The notes under the pieces were generated by a model. That model made no database searches. It was not told the origin of the DNA and saw only the letters and a program-made list of their open reading frames with translations. A stretch of 64,000 bases of DNA. It comes from Octopus sinensis (lineage: Eukaryota). The DNA lies in assembly GCF_006345805.1 (NCBI RefSeq), contig NC_043019.1:32363360-32427359 (forward strand). Direction: 5' to 3'. Shown here in pieces: positions 1-14,194 of the stretch (position 1 is its first letter; the number at the start of each line of letters is the position of its first letter). The translations under genes were made by a program, and so were the position numbers.

Positions 1-1261
1 AGGAACTTTTCAGTAGCTTCTCATGTATTGAGTTCTACACCAGATTTATTAGTGATGCTATGCTCAAACGTAATATTAAAACACACAAACACACGTGTGT
101 GTGTAAAAACTGCCTTCTTTCTCTGCTTTGCTCTTGCTCTATCTCTACATTTAATTTGCAAGGAAGGAAGTGTTGGTAGTGATGATGATGATGACGACGA
201 TGATGATGGTGGTGGTGGTACAAGAGAGGAGCAGGTACCCTTGTCAGGGGTGAAGGGGCCTATTTATTCCTTTCTCTTTCCCTCTCTATTTCTCTCCTTA
301 TTATAAATGCAAGAGTTCATTCATTCTTGATAGGAATGCTTCCACAAATATATTTGCACCAACCATTCCTTATTACTTAGCACCACCACCGCTACCACCA
401 TTATTATCCTCACCACCATCAGCAGCAATGAAAATAACAATTGGTACGGCAGCAGTGGTGGTGGTTATGAAGATTAGAAAAATAAATTTTGCACATACTA
501 TTTGCGACTTAGCACCAAGCACGACCATACATATCTGCCGCCACTGCAATCATAACGAGCGATGATTGCCATCGTTATTATTAGAATAATAATTATGATG
601 ATTGGAAAAATAAATGTTTCCCCCATTCTCCATCGCTTAATGTCACCACAGTGCTAATAAAAATAATCTTCGTGCTCCTCTTCTCTTCTCTTCTCCTCAT
701 CATCATCATCGTCATCGTTGCCGGTGTTGTCATCATCAACATCAAACACGTTTTCATTGCAGTTGTGCAATACTAGTAGATTTCATTTAATAATGTTCTG
801 AGAGTGTATATGTGTGTATGTATATGCATGTTTGTTCATGTGAGTCTATATACGCATGTGTGTGTATATGCATGTTTGTACCTATATGAGTGTATATACA
901 CATAAGTGTGTGTTTGTGTGCGTGTATGTGTGTATGTATATATGTGTGTATATATACACACATCTATGTGCATGTATACATACTGACACACATACATATA
1001 TATCTACACATACACACACAGACACAAGCTATAGTCAGCTGGTTGTAATACTCACAGTTGGCAACCATATGTTTCCTGTACATACAAACACCACCACCAC
1101 CTTCTTCCCCTCCACTGCCACTCTTTCTAACAATTTTAATCCGGATAAACCCATGAGTTATGGCCAGAGTAATTTTACTGTTGTTGTGTGTCCTTTTCTT
1201 GTTTATTTACACATTCGTATGTTACACATGTATGTGTGTATATATATATATATATATATGT

Positions 1262-1769
1262 TCTTTTACTCTTTTACTTGTTTCAGTCATTTGACTGCAG
1301 CCATGCTGGAGCACCGCCTTTTAGTCGAGCAAATCGACCCCAGGACTTATTCTTTGTAAGCCCTAGTACTTATTCTATCAGTCTCTTTTGCCGAACCGCT
1401 AAGTTATGGGGACGTAAACACACCAGCATCGGTTGTCAAGCGATGTTGGGGAGACAAACACACACATATATATATATATATATATGATGGGCTTCTTTCA
1501 GTTTCCGTCTACCAAATCCACTCACAAGGCTTTGGTCGGCCCAAGGTGTGTGTTCGTTTATTCTTTTGCTTGTTTCTGTCATTTGACTGCGACCATACTA
1601 CAGCAACGCATTTAGTCGAGCAAATCGACCCTGGGACTTATTCTTTGTAAGCCTAGTACTTATTGTATCAGTCTCCTTTGCCGAACTGTTAAGTTACAGG
1701 GGCATAAACACACCAGCGTTGGTTGTCAAGCAATATTGGGGGAACAAACACAGACACACAAACATACAG

Positions 1770-1802
<33 letters not shown>

Positions 1803-1965
1803 ACAGGCTTCTTTCAGTTTCCATCTACCAAATCCACTCAAAAGGCTTTGGTCAGCCCGAGTCTATAATGGAAGACACTTGCCCAATGTGCCACACAGTG
1901 GAACTGAACCTGGAACCATGTGGCTAGTAGGCAAGCTACTTACCACACAGCCACTCCTGCTCCTA
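1262..1965 (-). mobile_element. Two adjacent copies of SINE family C (tRNA head, CORE-like CCTTGGGCAAGTGTCTT motif, internal (TA/TG)n, tail ...GGTGCTCCAGCATGGCCGCAGTCAAATGACTGAAACAAGTAAAAG)
   Basis: Reverse complement of the copies at 31387 and 47434; truncated copy 1262-1545 and fuller copy 1555-1965. Confidence 0.85.
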
Positions 1966-2974
1966 TAATATACATATATATAGATATATGAATTGTGTGT
2001 GTGTGTTTGTGAATGCGAAAAGTTTAATTAAACCAGCAATATCCTGCTCAAGTATTCTACTTGCATTATGTTAAAAAAACTGGCCAGATCCAACCTCTCA
2101 CACATGACTTACAACGTCATTCTGAAGACAAACAATCACGTTATTAAAATCCCAAAGCTATGAAATAATGTATGATCAATTCAGAGCATTACATTTGACA
2201 GAGTAATCTGCATGCCAAAGGGTTATATTAGTGTTGTATTTGTAGGTGTGTTGGATTAATGGAATGGCCAGAAGCTGTTCTGTTCATTTGTCATGCCAGT
2301 TGTAGCTATTTTTCCTGTAACTACTTAGTCTACCCCACTTCCTTTATATATATATATGTGTGTGTGTATGTATGTATTCATTTCTCTTTTTCTCTTCCTG
2401 CTTGCCTGATTTCCCCTCTGTTGGAAGGAAAGAATATGGTTAGGCTTATCTTAATTGAAATCCAATTTGTGTGTAAAGGATCACAAGATGGAGTGGGGAG
2501 GCTGAGGCGAGGGGGTGGGGCAGGGGTGGACTGCAACAAGAGGTAGTGGACCATGATGGACTCTGCCCCTTACACAAGCACACACAAACACATGCTCTCT
2601 AAACCCAAATGAAAAGAATGAGTTTTGATGCTTGAGGGAGGAAAAAAAAATCTGTAAAACAAGGAATAAAAAAACCCCTCAATGAAAGCCAATCAAATTA
2701 AGTCAGCTAGGTTTGGGGAATTCCTTGTGGGTGTCTGTGGGTGTATGGGTTCCAATCCCATGGGGTTAGTAGCAAAAATAAAACACTCCCCAAATTAAGA
2801 AGAAAGTGAAGAAGGATAACCAACCAAGCATGCAAATCTGATTAGACTGTGGGACTTTGGGTTGAATTCCGTCTTTTTTTCTTTTTTCTTTTTTTTTTCA
2901 ATAATTTTCTTTCATAGGGAAATAGTGATAGAAAAATAACAAAATGTGTATGTATGTTTATATGTGTGTATTCT

Positions 2975-3201
2975 GTTATTCTGTTAGTTGTTTCAATCAT
3001 TTGACTGCAGCCATGCTGGAGCACCACCTTAAAGGGTGTTTTTAGTCGCAGGAATCAACCCTCCCCCCTTCAGGGCTTATTCTTTGTAAGCCTGGTACTT
3101 ATTCTATAGGTCTGTTTTGCTGATATGCTAAGTTGCAGGGGATGTAAACACACCGACAGCAACAAACGTAGATGCAAAGACACATGCACACAAATATATG
3201 C

Positions 3202-3237
<36 letters not shown>

Positions 3238-3400
3238 GATGGACTTCTTTCAGTTTCCATCTACCAAATCCACTCACAAGGCTTTGGTTGACCTGAGGCT
3301 ATAATGGAAGACACTTGGCCAAGGTGCTACGCAGTGGGACTGAACCCGGAACCATGTGGTTGGGAAGCAAGCTTCTTACCACACAGCCACTCCTGTGCCT
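2975..3400 (-). mobile_element. SINE family C copy
   Basis: Same head, body and tail as the other family C copies. Confidence 0.85.
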
Positions 3401-3438
3401 ATTGTATATATAAATAGCATATGTCTTCTCCTCGTGTG

Positions 3439-3750
3439 TAGGCGCATGACTCAGTGATTAGAGCATCGAGCTTATGATCGTGAGGTTGTGAGTTTGAATC
3501 CCGGACCGGGCCGCATGTTGTATTCTTGAGCAGGACACTTTATTTCACATTGCTCCAGTTCACTCAGCTGTAGAAATGAGTTGCAACATCACAGGTGCCA
3601 AGCTGTATCAGCCTTTGCCTTTCCCTTGGATAACACTGGTGGCGTGGAGGGGGGAGGCCAGTATGCATGGGCTACTGCTGGTCTTGTGCCTGGGAGCGTA
3701 ACTTTCTAGGTGCAATCCCATGGTCAGTCATGACCAAAGGGGGTCTCAGC
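3439..3750 (+). mobile_element. tRNA-derived SINE, head B with tail d (...CTAGGTGCAATCCCATGGTCAGTCATGACCAAAGG)
   Basis: A/B-box-like GGCGCATGACTCAGTGATTAG...GTTTGAATCCC; body CTTGAGCAGGACACTTTATTTCAC; related copy at 45145-45430. Confidence 0.75.
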
Positions 3751-3914
3751 TTGTCCTCATAGACATCTTCTCATTTTAAGATGACCAGATAGTACAAATT
3801 AACACTTCTTAACTTTTCCCCATGCCCACCTCTTCACTTTTGAGAATCACAACAATCCTGCTCTCCACCAGGAATGTATAGTGTATAGTATATATATATA
3901 CATATGTGTGTGTC

Positions 3915-5045
3915 ATTCATCATTGTCGTTTAATTTCTGCCTCTCTTGCTGGAATGGGTTGGACAGTTTGAGGCGTACTGGCAAGCCAGGAGGCTGCACC
4001 AGGCTCCAATCTGATCTGGCAAGGTTTCTACTGCTGGATGCCCTTCCTAGCACCAACCACTCCGAGAGTCTAGTGGGTGCTTTTTATATGTCAGGCAGCC
4101 CTGGCATCAACCATGCTTGAAAGGTGGTTTTTACGTGGCACTGGCATTGATCATGCTCAAATGGTGCTTTTATGTGCCACCAGCAGAGGGAACATGCTCG
4201 TATGGTGCTTTTTACATGCCACCAGTACAGGAGCCAGTCCAGTGGCACTGGCTTTGACCACACTCAAATAGTGCTTTTTACATGCCACCAGTACAGGAGC
4301 CAGTCCAGTGGCACTGGCTTTGACCACACTCAAATAGTGCTTTTTACATGCCACCAGTACAGGAGCCAGTCCAGTGGCAACTGGCTTTGACCACACTCAA
4401 TAGTGCTTTTTTACATGCCACCAGTACAGGAGCCAGTCCAGTGGCACTGGCTTTGACCACACTCAAATATGCTTTTTTACATGCCACCAGTACAGGAGCC
4501 AGTCCAGTGGCACTGGCTTTGACCACACTCAATAGTGCTTTTTTACATGCCACCAGTACAGGAGCCAGTCCAGTGGCACTGGCTTTGACCACACTCAATA
4601 GTGCTTTTTACATGCCACCAGTACAGGAGCCAGTCCAGTGGCACTGGCTTTGACCACACTCAAATAGTGCTTTTTACATGCCACCAGTACAGGAGCCAGT
4701 CCAGTGGCACTGGCTTTGACCACACTCAAATAGTGCTTTTTACATGCCACCAGTACAGGAGCCAGTCCAGTGGCACTGGCTTTGACCACACTCAAATAGT
4801 GCTTTTTACATGTGACCAGCACGGGAACCAGTCCAGCGGCACTGGCATCGATCATGCTCGACTGATGCTTTTTACATGCCACCAGCACTGGTGCCTGTCA
4901 GGCAGTAATGTCATCAGCCACGACAATGATTTCATTTGACTCAACAGGTCCTCTCAAGCACAGCATATTGCCCGAGGATTGAAGGGTACTTCTTAAACAG
5001 GATGGTTATACAGCACTGGCATAGACCACAGCTACAATCTCACTT
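3915..5045 (-). mobile_element. 5'-truncated RTE LINE 3' UTR containing a 66-bp tandem array
   Basis: Reverse complement of 4860-5045 aligns with the sequence after the RTE stop codon at 51836 (CAAGTGAGA...GTACCCTTCAATC...GAAATCATTGT). Confidence 0.8.
4205..4864. repeat. 66-bp minisatellite, about 10 units (GTGCTTTTTACATGCCACCAGTACAGGAGCCAGTCCAGTGGCACTGGCTTTGACCACACTCAAATA)
   Basis: Unit starts near 4205, 4271, 4337, 4403, 4469, 4535, 4601, 4667, 4733, 4799; last unit diverged. Confidence 0.95.
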
Positions 5046-8000
5046 GTGTGTGAGTATGTATATTTTAAGGCACGTGGTTTAGTGGTAGGGGTATTTGGCT
5101 GACAATCCTTATGTTTGGAGTTCAATTACTGGCAGTGGATTATGTGCTTGAGCAAGACTCTTTATTTCACATTGCTCCAATCTGCCCAGATGGCTAAAAT
5201 GAGCTGTACCTACATTTCAAAGAGCCAATCTCATCACATTCTGTGTCATGTTGAATCTCTCTGAGAACTATGTGAAGTACTCAACCACTTGCACGTTAAT
5301 TTCACCAGCAGTCTATTCTGTTGATCAGATCAGCTGGAACCCTCGTCGTCATCGTCACCAATGGAATGCCAGAAGAAAAGGCTCAAAAGTAATGGATATT
5401 TGTACATTTTATTCCATCTGGCTTACACATATTTCTGATAAGGTTGGAGAATACATTGTTAAAGTACAGTTTGCCTAGATTTCTACATCTATCCCAAGCC
5501 AGTTTGGTTTATTTTTTTCACAGAGAGCTTATAAAGTATTTTGCCCAGATCCTTAATTTTTATTTCATTTCACACATGCACACACACAGGGCTTCTTTCA
5601 GTTTCTTCTTTCTTTACTGCCTACAAGGGGCTACACACAGAGGGGACAAACAAAGACAGACAAATGGATTAAGTCGATTATATCAACCCCAATATGTAAC
5701 TGGTACTTATTTAATCGACCCCGAAAGGATGAAAGGCAAAGTCGACCTCGGTGGAATTTGAACTCAGAACATAGTGGCAAACGAAATACCACTAAGCATT
5801 TCACCTGGCATGCTAACATCTCTGCCCACTCACCGCCTTCTTTCAGTTTCTGTCCACCAATTTCCCTCAGAAGGATTTGATTAGCCTGAGGCAATGGTAG
5901 TACAAGGCACTTACCCAAAGATCCACACAGCGGGACTGAACCCAAAACCATGTGGTTAAGAAGCAAGCTCGTTACCACACTGCCACAAATATATTCTTTT
6001 TTATTCTTTTACTTGATTCAGTCATTTGACTGCAGCCATGCTGGAGCACTGCCTTAAAGGGGTTTTTCTTGGACAATTCGACCCCTAGGGCTCATTTTTA
6101 AGCCTAGTACTTACTCTGTCAGTCTCTTTGCTGCACCGCTAAGTTACGGGGACATAAACACACCAACACCTGTTGTCAAGAGATGATGGTGGAACAAACA
6201 CAACGATACACACACATATATATAGATATACGATGGGCTTCTTTCAGTTACCATCTACCAAGGCTTTGGTCATCCCATGGCACATCGGGCTAGTAGAATG
6301 CACTTGCCCAATGTGCCATACGGTTGGGAAGCAAATCTCTTACCACACACCCACACCAACGCCTCATATATACATATATATATATATATATATATTAGTT
6401 TCAGCTCAGAGCTGTGGCCATGCTGGAGCACCTGATTTTGAATATTATATACTCAAAATCAGTTTCAATCTAAATGTTACTGCATCGATTTTAATTCACT
6501 TGTTACCTATATATATATATTCCCCATTCTGAAGTGACACATGCTTCCACCAACCCCTTCCCCCCACTCCCAGTTTTCCGTGGGGTGGGGGGGTGTTGTC
6601 ATGGTTGTGGACGGGGAGGCATGTGTCCCCCTTCGCCACCGCCGCCGCTGCTGCCTTGAGAAAAGACTGGTGTTGTTACAAAGCTTGTCTAACAATAAAA
6701 AGAGAAAGAGGCTTGCAGTTCATTGTTGCTGCTTTTGGTTGACCCTGTGGCAAATAGGGGGGGGGAATCATCACCACCATCATCATCGTTGTCATCATCA
6801 TCATTATTGTTTCCATTTGCCTCTTTCTGCTTTGTTGTATAATAATGGTAATAATAACATTTCTTGTGATGTAAATCTTTTGTTGTTGTTTGTGTTGCTA
6901 ATCCAGTAATTTCCTGAATACAAGGAGGGAAGCATAAGGGGCCATTGGTGGAGAAGGAGGGGCAGTGTTAAAGGTGTGTGTGTATGTGCGTTGAAGAGAA
7001 AGAGGGAGGGTTCTTGTCAGTTTATTTATGGCCCTTTAAGCATTGGTGCTTGATAATGGAGGTGGGGCGGCTGAGGGGGACGGGAGGTGCTGGTTTTTGG
7101 TTTTTAGGGTCCTTGAGAAGTGTAAAAGAGCTCAGGCTAGGTATGAGGTATGTTTATGCACACAGTGGAGGAGAGAGGTGAGAGAGACTGGCTGGTGGTG
7201 GTCATGGTTGTTACTGGTGTTGCAGCAGCCAACCACTCTTGTGTTTCATTGTATAATAATAGTAGTAGTAATTTATTTTATTAGCCACAGGGGCATAGAT
7301 GAGGGGAACCAGTAACAACGATAGCAACAACAATAATAAGGATTTCATTATTGGCCACAAGGGCCAAACACAGATAGGGACAGTGCAACAATACAAGGGA
7401 CAAGTGGGGTGTTGAACAATGCTAATGATAATTAGTAATAAGAATAATGATACTAATTAGTAATATTAATGAGGATGATGATGATGACTATTAATGATAA
7501 TGATAAAATTTAATAAGACAACAACAAAAAAACTCAACAAGGAATGATGTATATTTTTTTTTTAAATCTCCAGAAAAAGTTTCATGAATAAAAAAAAATA
7601 TTTCTTAAAGAAAAAAAAAAGACAAACTAGCTGGGAGTCGATGGGGTAGGAGGGGCTAGAAAGGGGTTTGGGGAAGGAAGTTGAATGTAAAATCTTGTTG
7701 TTGTTGTTGTTGCTGTTGTGGAGGAGGGAGAGTTTCTGCAGTTCAGTTTTTTTTTTTTTTTGCCTGAGCTGCATGCTGAGGAGGAGAGAAACAAACTCCC
7801 CCGTTTTTTTCCCTCCCAACCAAACTATATATAACTGGAAGGGGTTCCCTCTCCCTCTGCCTGCTCTGTTCTTGTTTTTAATCCCTCTTCCTATTCCCCC
7901 CCCCGCTCCTCCCACTCTCCAGGCTCTCCCTCTCCGCTGCCGCCACCACCATCACCATACTGGAAAAACTTAACATATATGTAGTCATTAAAAAGGGATG

Positions 8001-9049
8001 TCCATGTCCATCTTGGGGGGTTGGCGGCAGGCACACATACAACAGCAACAACATGCACCCACCCACCCCACCCCCTCTGCTACTCCCATCTTTCTTCACC
8101 CCCACCCGAGTCCACCCCACACCAAGTCAACTTCTCCCAACCTTCTTTTCTGTCTCTTCCTTCCTTCCTTCCTCCTCCTCCTGGTCCCTTGTTTTGTGCC
8201 TTAGCCTCCTGGGCTCCCTCCATGCCATCCTGTCTCACCTCCCTACTCAGTGGTTTGTTGTCACTGTAATAATAACAATAACAATAATAATAATAATAAT
8301 AATAATAGTGTGTATTAAAACTACAAGAGGACTCCCCACCGGTTCTTGTAAAAAAAAATAAAAATTGCTTGTTATATTTTATGCTTGCTTACTTTTGTTG
8401 TTGTTGCTGCTGTTGTTGTTTTGCCTCCTCCCACCATTATCCTTCTTCCTCCTCCTCATCCTCCTTTGTTTGGTTATTGCTACCACCTCCGCTGCCGCCA
8501 CCACCACAACCACCACCACCACTGCTATCATTATGTTAATCATCATTTAGTTCCACTCTATCATTGCTCCATAATATTTTCCACCTTTATTCCTCAGAAG
8601 GAGAGCATTAAACAAACAAAACAAACAAACAAACAAAAGGTGTGAGGTGGAGAGGGGGGGGAAGAGCCACTTCAGAAGTACATTAATGTACTTCTGTGTA
8701 TAAATGGGTTTTGTTAAGGGGTGTGTGTGTATATATATATATGTATGTGTGTGTGTGTGTATATTAAATATATGAGCATGTAAAAGGTGTTTTTGTACAT
8801 GTGTGTGAATGATGTATGACTTTCTGTGTGTGTGTGTGTGTGTGTGTGTATGTATATAACTATGTAAAATGCTTGTGTGTATATGCGTTTATGTATATAT
8901 AATATATAATATATATTTGTGTGTGTGTCTATATATATGTGTGTGTGTGTGTATGTAAATAAGTGTTTTCTGTAAGTGAATATGTTTGTATATATGTATG
9001 TGTTTGTGTGTCTGTATGTATGTATTTGAGTGTATTATAAATGTGTATT

Positions 9050-9106
<57 letters not shown>

Positions 9107-9974
9107 TGTGTATAATTGTGTGATTTTTGCATTGTTTCCAAAACAAGTCATCATCATTAATTATTATTACATAATAATAATTATTATCACTTATAATCAT
9201 TATCATTATGTTATTAATTATATTTATCTCAACAGACCATCATGTTGTTGTCCTTTTTTTTTCCTTCTTCAAGTGGGGCTCCTTGTATATTTTATGTCGG
9301 GTTGTCTTCAGTGGTTGTATTTGTGAAGCATCCAATATGTTGTTGAGGATTTGTTTGTTTTGGTTCTTCAAGGAGATTCACAATAACAAGAACAATTACA
9401 CATAATTACATGATGAGACACTAAAGAGGGAGAAAACAAAAGCAAAAGAAATCCTTTTTTTTTTTCTTCCTTTTTTTGGCCTCCCTCTATGAATATTGAC
9501 AAATTACTTGGCAGGAGGAGATTTCTAGTGGTTTGTGATAGTAGGGGCTGTGTTTTTGTGGTGGTGGTGGTGGTGGTGGTGGTAGACTCTTGATTTGTTG
9601 ATGCAGTAGTGGTGGTGGTAGTAGTAGTAGTAGGAAGTTGTGCTGTAGTTGCAGTTGTGGAGCTGTGGTTGCAGCTATAGTGGTCGTTGTTATGATAGGT
9701 ATGGGGTGTTCGTTGGTTGTAGTGGTAGTGTTGCTGTTGGTGGTGGTAGAAGAGGTTGTGTTATGGTGGTGATGGTAGTAGTGATAGGTGCAACGATTAT
9801 TGGGTAGTGATGGTGGTGGTGGTAACTGGTTGTCAGAGAAGTAGTTTTGGTCATGGTTTTAGTGCCTTATGTCTTTCAAGGTCAGGGTAGTAGTTGACAC
9901 TTAGATCAAGAATACATTACACTTGGTATTATTATTATTATTGTTATCATCATTATTGTTATTATTATTATTAT

Positions 9975-10885
9975 AGGCGGCAAGCTGGCAGAACCGTTAG
10001 CATGCCAGGCAAAATGCTTAGCAGTATCTCGTTTGTCTCAATGTTCTGAGTTCAAATTCCACCGAGGTCGACTTTGCTTTTCATCCTTTCAGGGTCTATT
10101 AGATAAGTACCATTTACGCACTTGGGTTGATTTAATCATCTTAATCCCTCCCCCTCCCAAAAAAAATTTGAGGCCTTGTGCTTCCCAGTAGAAAGGATTA
10201 TTATCATTATAGGTGATGAACTGGCAGAATCGTTAGCACGCCAAGCGAAATGCTTAGTGGAATTTTGCCTGGCGCTGCGTTCTGAGTTCAAATTCCGCCT
10301 AGGTCAATGTAATCGACTTACCCCCTAACCCCAAATTTCAGGCTTTGTGCTTTGCTGGCCTTGAGCCAAAATTTGAAACCATTGTTATTATTATTGTCTT
10401 TATGTTCTGAGTTTAAATCCTACCGAGTACCAGCTGGATGCTGGGGGATTGTTGTAATCGACATGCACTCTGTGCCCCCAAATTAATGGGTTTGTGCCAA
10501 CATTCATCCATCATTACATTCTGAGTTCAACTTCACTTTTCATCCTTTCAAGGTCTATGACAAAAATGCTCCAGTTGTGTACTGGGGTCAATGTAATCGG
10601 CTACTCCCCTCCCCCAAAATTGCTGCCCTTGTGGAAAAATCTGAAACCATCATTTTTATTAAGGCAGTGAGCTGGCAGAATCATTAACACGCCAGGCAAA
10701 ATGCTTAGCGGTATTTCATCTGTCTTTACGTTCTGAGTTCAAATTCCACCAAGGTCAACTTTGCCTTTCATCCTTTTAGGGGTCGATAAATTAAGTACCA
10801 GTTGCGTACTGGGGTCAATCTAATCGACTGGCCCCCTGCCCCAAAATTTTTCGGCCATGTGCCTAGAGTAGAAAAGATTATTATT
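9975..10885 (+). mobile_element. Head-to-tail cluster of about five SINE family M copies (GGCGGCGAGCTGGCAGAA...GTTCAAATTCC...CCTTTCATCCTTTCGGGGTCGATAAA...(ATT)n)
   Basis: Repeated heads or bodies at about 9975, 10210, 10395, 10515 and 10662, mostly preceded by (ATT)n runs. Confidence 0.8.
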
Positions 10886-10889
10886 ATTA

Positions 10890-11637
10890 TTATTACTATT
10901 AATGGTGCTGATGGTAGTGATGGGGTAATAAGCAGTATTGGAAAAGGGGATTTGTAAGTGATGATGGTAATGATAATGATGGTTTTGGCAATGATGATGA
11001 TGATGATGACAGATGATGATGGGGGTGGTAATGAGGTAATGATGATCGTCATCATCCTTAGCTGGTGATAATGGTGGTCGGTGTTGATACTGATGATTAT
11101 CGGCATCATCACTGGATGGTGGTGGTGGTGGTGGTGATGATGATAATAGAGGTGGTAAACCATTTCAGTGGTGGGGAGGAGTACTGCAGTGGTGGTGGTG
11201 GTGGTGGTGGTGGTGAATGTTCCTTGACAAATTATAGTGGAAGTGTATAATCTATAAATAACAAACAAAAAAAAAGTTGGCAGAGTGAAATGGGTTAACT
11301 CTCCCCCACCACCACCACCACTACCGCTCGCACACTCCTTTCTCTTTCTCTCAAATGATTTGTCTTTTTTGCGTGTGTGTGTGTGTGTGTATGTAGTGCA
11401 CAGCCAATCCCTGTCACACACACATGCATGGAAGCACACGCTCTTACACATGCATACACTCACTCACACACATGCTTACATATGCGTGCAAGCACACACA
11501 CACACACACACACACACATAAGCACCAGCACACACGCTTAAGCATGTGCATATACACACACACACACACACATGCACTTACACTTGTGCATCCATGCACT
11601 CTTACACTTACGCACACACTTTTACATACATGCCATC

Positions 11638-11670
<33 letters not shown>

Positions 11671-12800
11671 CTTAAACATGTGCATATACACACTCTTACA
11701 TACGCACACACATGCACTTACGAATACACACACACACGCACACTCTCTTACACTTATGCACACACTCATTCTTACACACACACACACACACGTGCATGTT
11801 GGAATATACATCTTCATCTTCATTTTGTTCCACTTGAAGCAGTCAGTAGTTACAACAGCCAACCACCCACCCACCACACACACACACACACACCATATCC
11901 GCTGCTACCGCCTTGCCACCCTCGCCTCCCCCCTGGATGTTGTTAATGTTGAAGCCCCTCTGCGGCTTGTCTCTTTCAATGCCATCATGTCATGATTGTG
12001 TTAAAGCAGGGTTTGCTGAATAAACAAGGGAACCCTTAACAAAGCTCTCCTCCCTTTCACTGTGTATATACATTATCACGTCACACACACACACACACAC
12101 TCGCGCGCGCGTGCTACACCATATCATGCAAGCACACTATTTCATGCACGCACACACAGCATTAAAAATATATATAATACACTATTCCATACACACACAC
12201 ACACACACAACGCTATAATCACACACACACACACTCACTACATTATATTGTATATACTCTATCACATATGCTACATGCGCACACACTTTCATACTTACAC
12301 TACAGTATATCACACACAAACGCACACTATTATATCATACATATATACTTTATCACATGCTACACGCATATGCACACACACACACACACACTCGCGCGCG
12401 CGTGCTACACCATATCATGCAAGCACACTATTTCATGCACGCACACACAGCATTAAAAATATATATAATACACTATTCCATACACACACACACACACACA
12501 ACGCTATAATCACACACACACACACTCACTACATTATATTGTATATACTCTATCACATATGCTACATGCGCACACACTTTCATACTTACACTACAGTATA
12601 TCACACACAAACGCACACTATTATATCATACATATATACTTTATCACATGCTACACGCATATGCACACACACACACACACTATTATATCATACATATATA
12701 CTTTATCACAGATGCTACATGCATATGCACACGCACACATAATTTAATGTCCTAAAGTTGATGAACCACCTATTGTTCCCTATTTTCTTATCTGCTATAT

Positions 12801-12840
<40 letters not shown>
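10890..12840. repeat. Compound microsatellite region ((GAT/GGT)n, (CA)n, (TA)n) with an apparently identical 291-bp tandem duplication (about 12080-12680)
   Basis: CTCGCGCGCG landmark at 12100 and 12391. Confidence 0.85.
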
Positions 12841-12850
<10 letters not shown>

Positions 12851-13329
12851 CGAATATCTTTGTGTGTCTGTGTTTGTCCCCCCAGCATCGCTTGACAACC
12901 GATGCTGGTGTGTTTACATCCCCGTAACTTAGCAGTTCGGCAAAAGAGACCGATAGAATAAGTACCTGGCTTACAATATATCCTGGGTCCGATTTGCTCG
13001 ACTAAAGGCGGTGCTCCAGCATGGCCACAGTCAAATGACTGAAAGACGTAAAAGAGTATATCATTAAAATCTTGAAGCTACAAGATAGTGTATAATTAAT
13101 TGAGAACAACTTGAATGAATAAGCATTACATTTGACAGAGTAAACTAAATGTTAACGAGTTAAAGCAGCCATATGAGGCCCAAATATTCTTCTACCTGTT
13201 TTATAATTCAAACTCGCCAGATGTGACCTCTAACTCCTTACCCTGCAATGACATTCTGAAAAACAGTTACACTACTGATATCTCAAAGCTATGATATAAA
13301 GCATGATTCAATTCATAATGATGCGAATT

Positions 13330-13690
13330 GGTGCTAGTAGGGTATTAAGAGCACCATCCGAGTGTGATCGTTGCCAGAGCAGCTATCTGGCCTCCGTGCC
13401 GGTGGCACGTAAAAGACACCATTCGAGCGTGATTCATTACCAGTATTGCCTTACTGGCACCTGTAAAAAATTCGAGCGAGGTCGTTGCCAGTATTGCCTG
13501 ACTGGCACATAAAAGCACCCACTACACTCTCGGAGTGGTTGGCGTTAGGAAGGGCATCCAGCTGTAGAAACTCTGCCAGATCAAGATTGGAGCCTAGTGC
13601 AGCCATCTGGTTCGCCAGACCTCAGTCAAAATCGTCCAACCCATGCTAGCATGGAAAGCGGACTTTAAACGATGATGATGATGATGATAG
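13330..13690 (+). mobile_element. RTE-tail element ending ...CATGCTAGCATGGAAAGCGGACTTTAAAC(GAT)n
   Basis: Same 3' module as the RTE remnant at 50989-52390. Other copies near 18375, 19540, 27160, 28600, 37670, 40845, 48875 and 52410. Confidence 0.8.
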
Positions 13691-14194
13691 CAATCCGAAT
13701 TGCTAAAGAGATAAAACTCTTTTCTGACATACATTTGTGAGTCCTTGCCTGTCCCTGTTGACCACATCTCAAGTCTTCTCCACCACCACCACCACTTCTA
13801 CTACTACTACTACTACTACTACTACTGCTGCTGCCTCAAGGCTGTGGAACATTTAGAAGTGTCACTCCTTGACATACCATTCCTTTATGAATTCATTCTC
13901 TAAACAGCCTGTCCAGTCACCTTTCCCAACACACACACACACTCTCTCTCTCTCTCTAATCTGGTATGTTATTCCTTTCTCTTGCATACCACTACACCAG
14001 TACTTGTGATTTACCACTCAAAACTGTTCCTCTACTCAAGTGCTCTTTCAGCACTCTAATGTTGTGCCACTCGATGCTCATGTTACACTCAAAAATGTTC
14101 CACCTCTCAAAATCACTTTTGTACCTTTTATTATTATTATTTTTATTATCATTATTATCATTATTATTATTATTATTATTATTACTACTACTAC

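Noticed and set aside
4157-4939. Repetitive ORFs or a CRISPR-like array
   Set aside because: Contiguous 66-bp tandem units with no unique spacers, inside an RTE UTR in eukaryotic DNA.
12080-12680. 291-bp exact duplication as a biological element
   Set aside because: Apparently identical copies in microsatellite-rich DNA; cannot be distinguished from an assembly artefact.
856-12747. Many 60-230 aa ORFs rich in H/T/Y/I/C/V
   Set aside because: Translations of (CA)n, (TA)n, (CAT)n and (CAC)n microsatellites; no domain signal or splice support.
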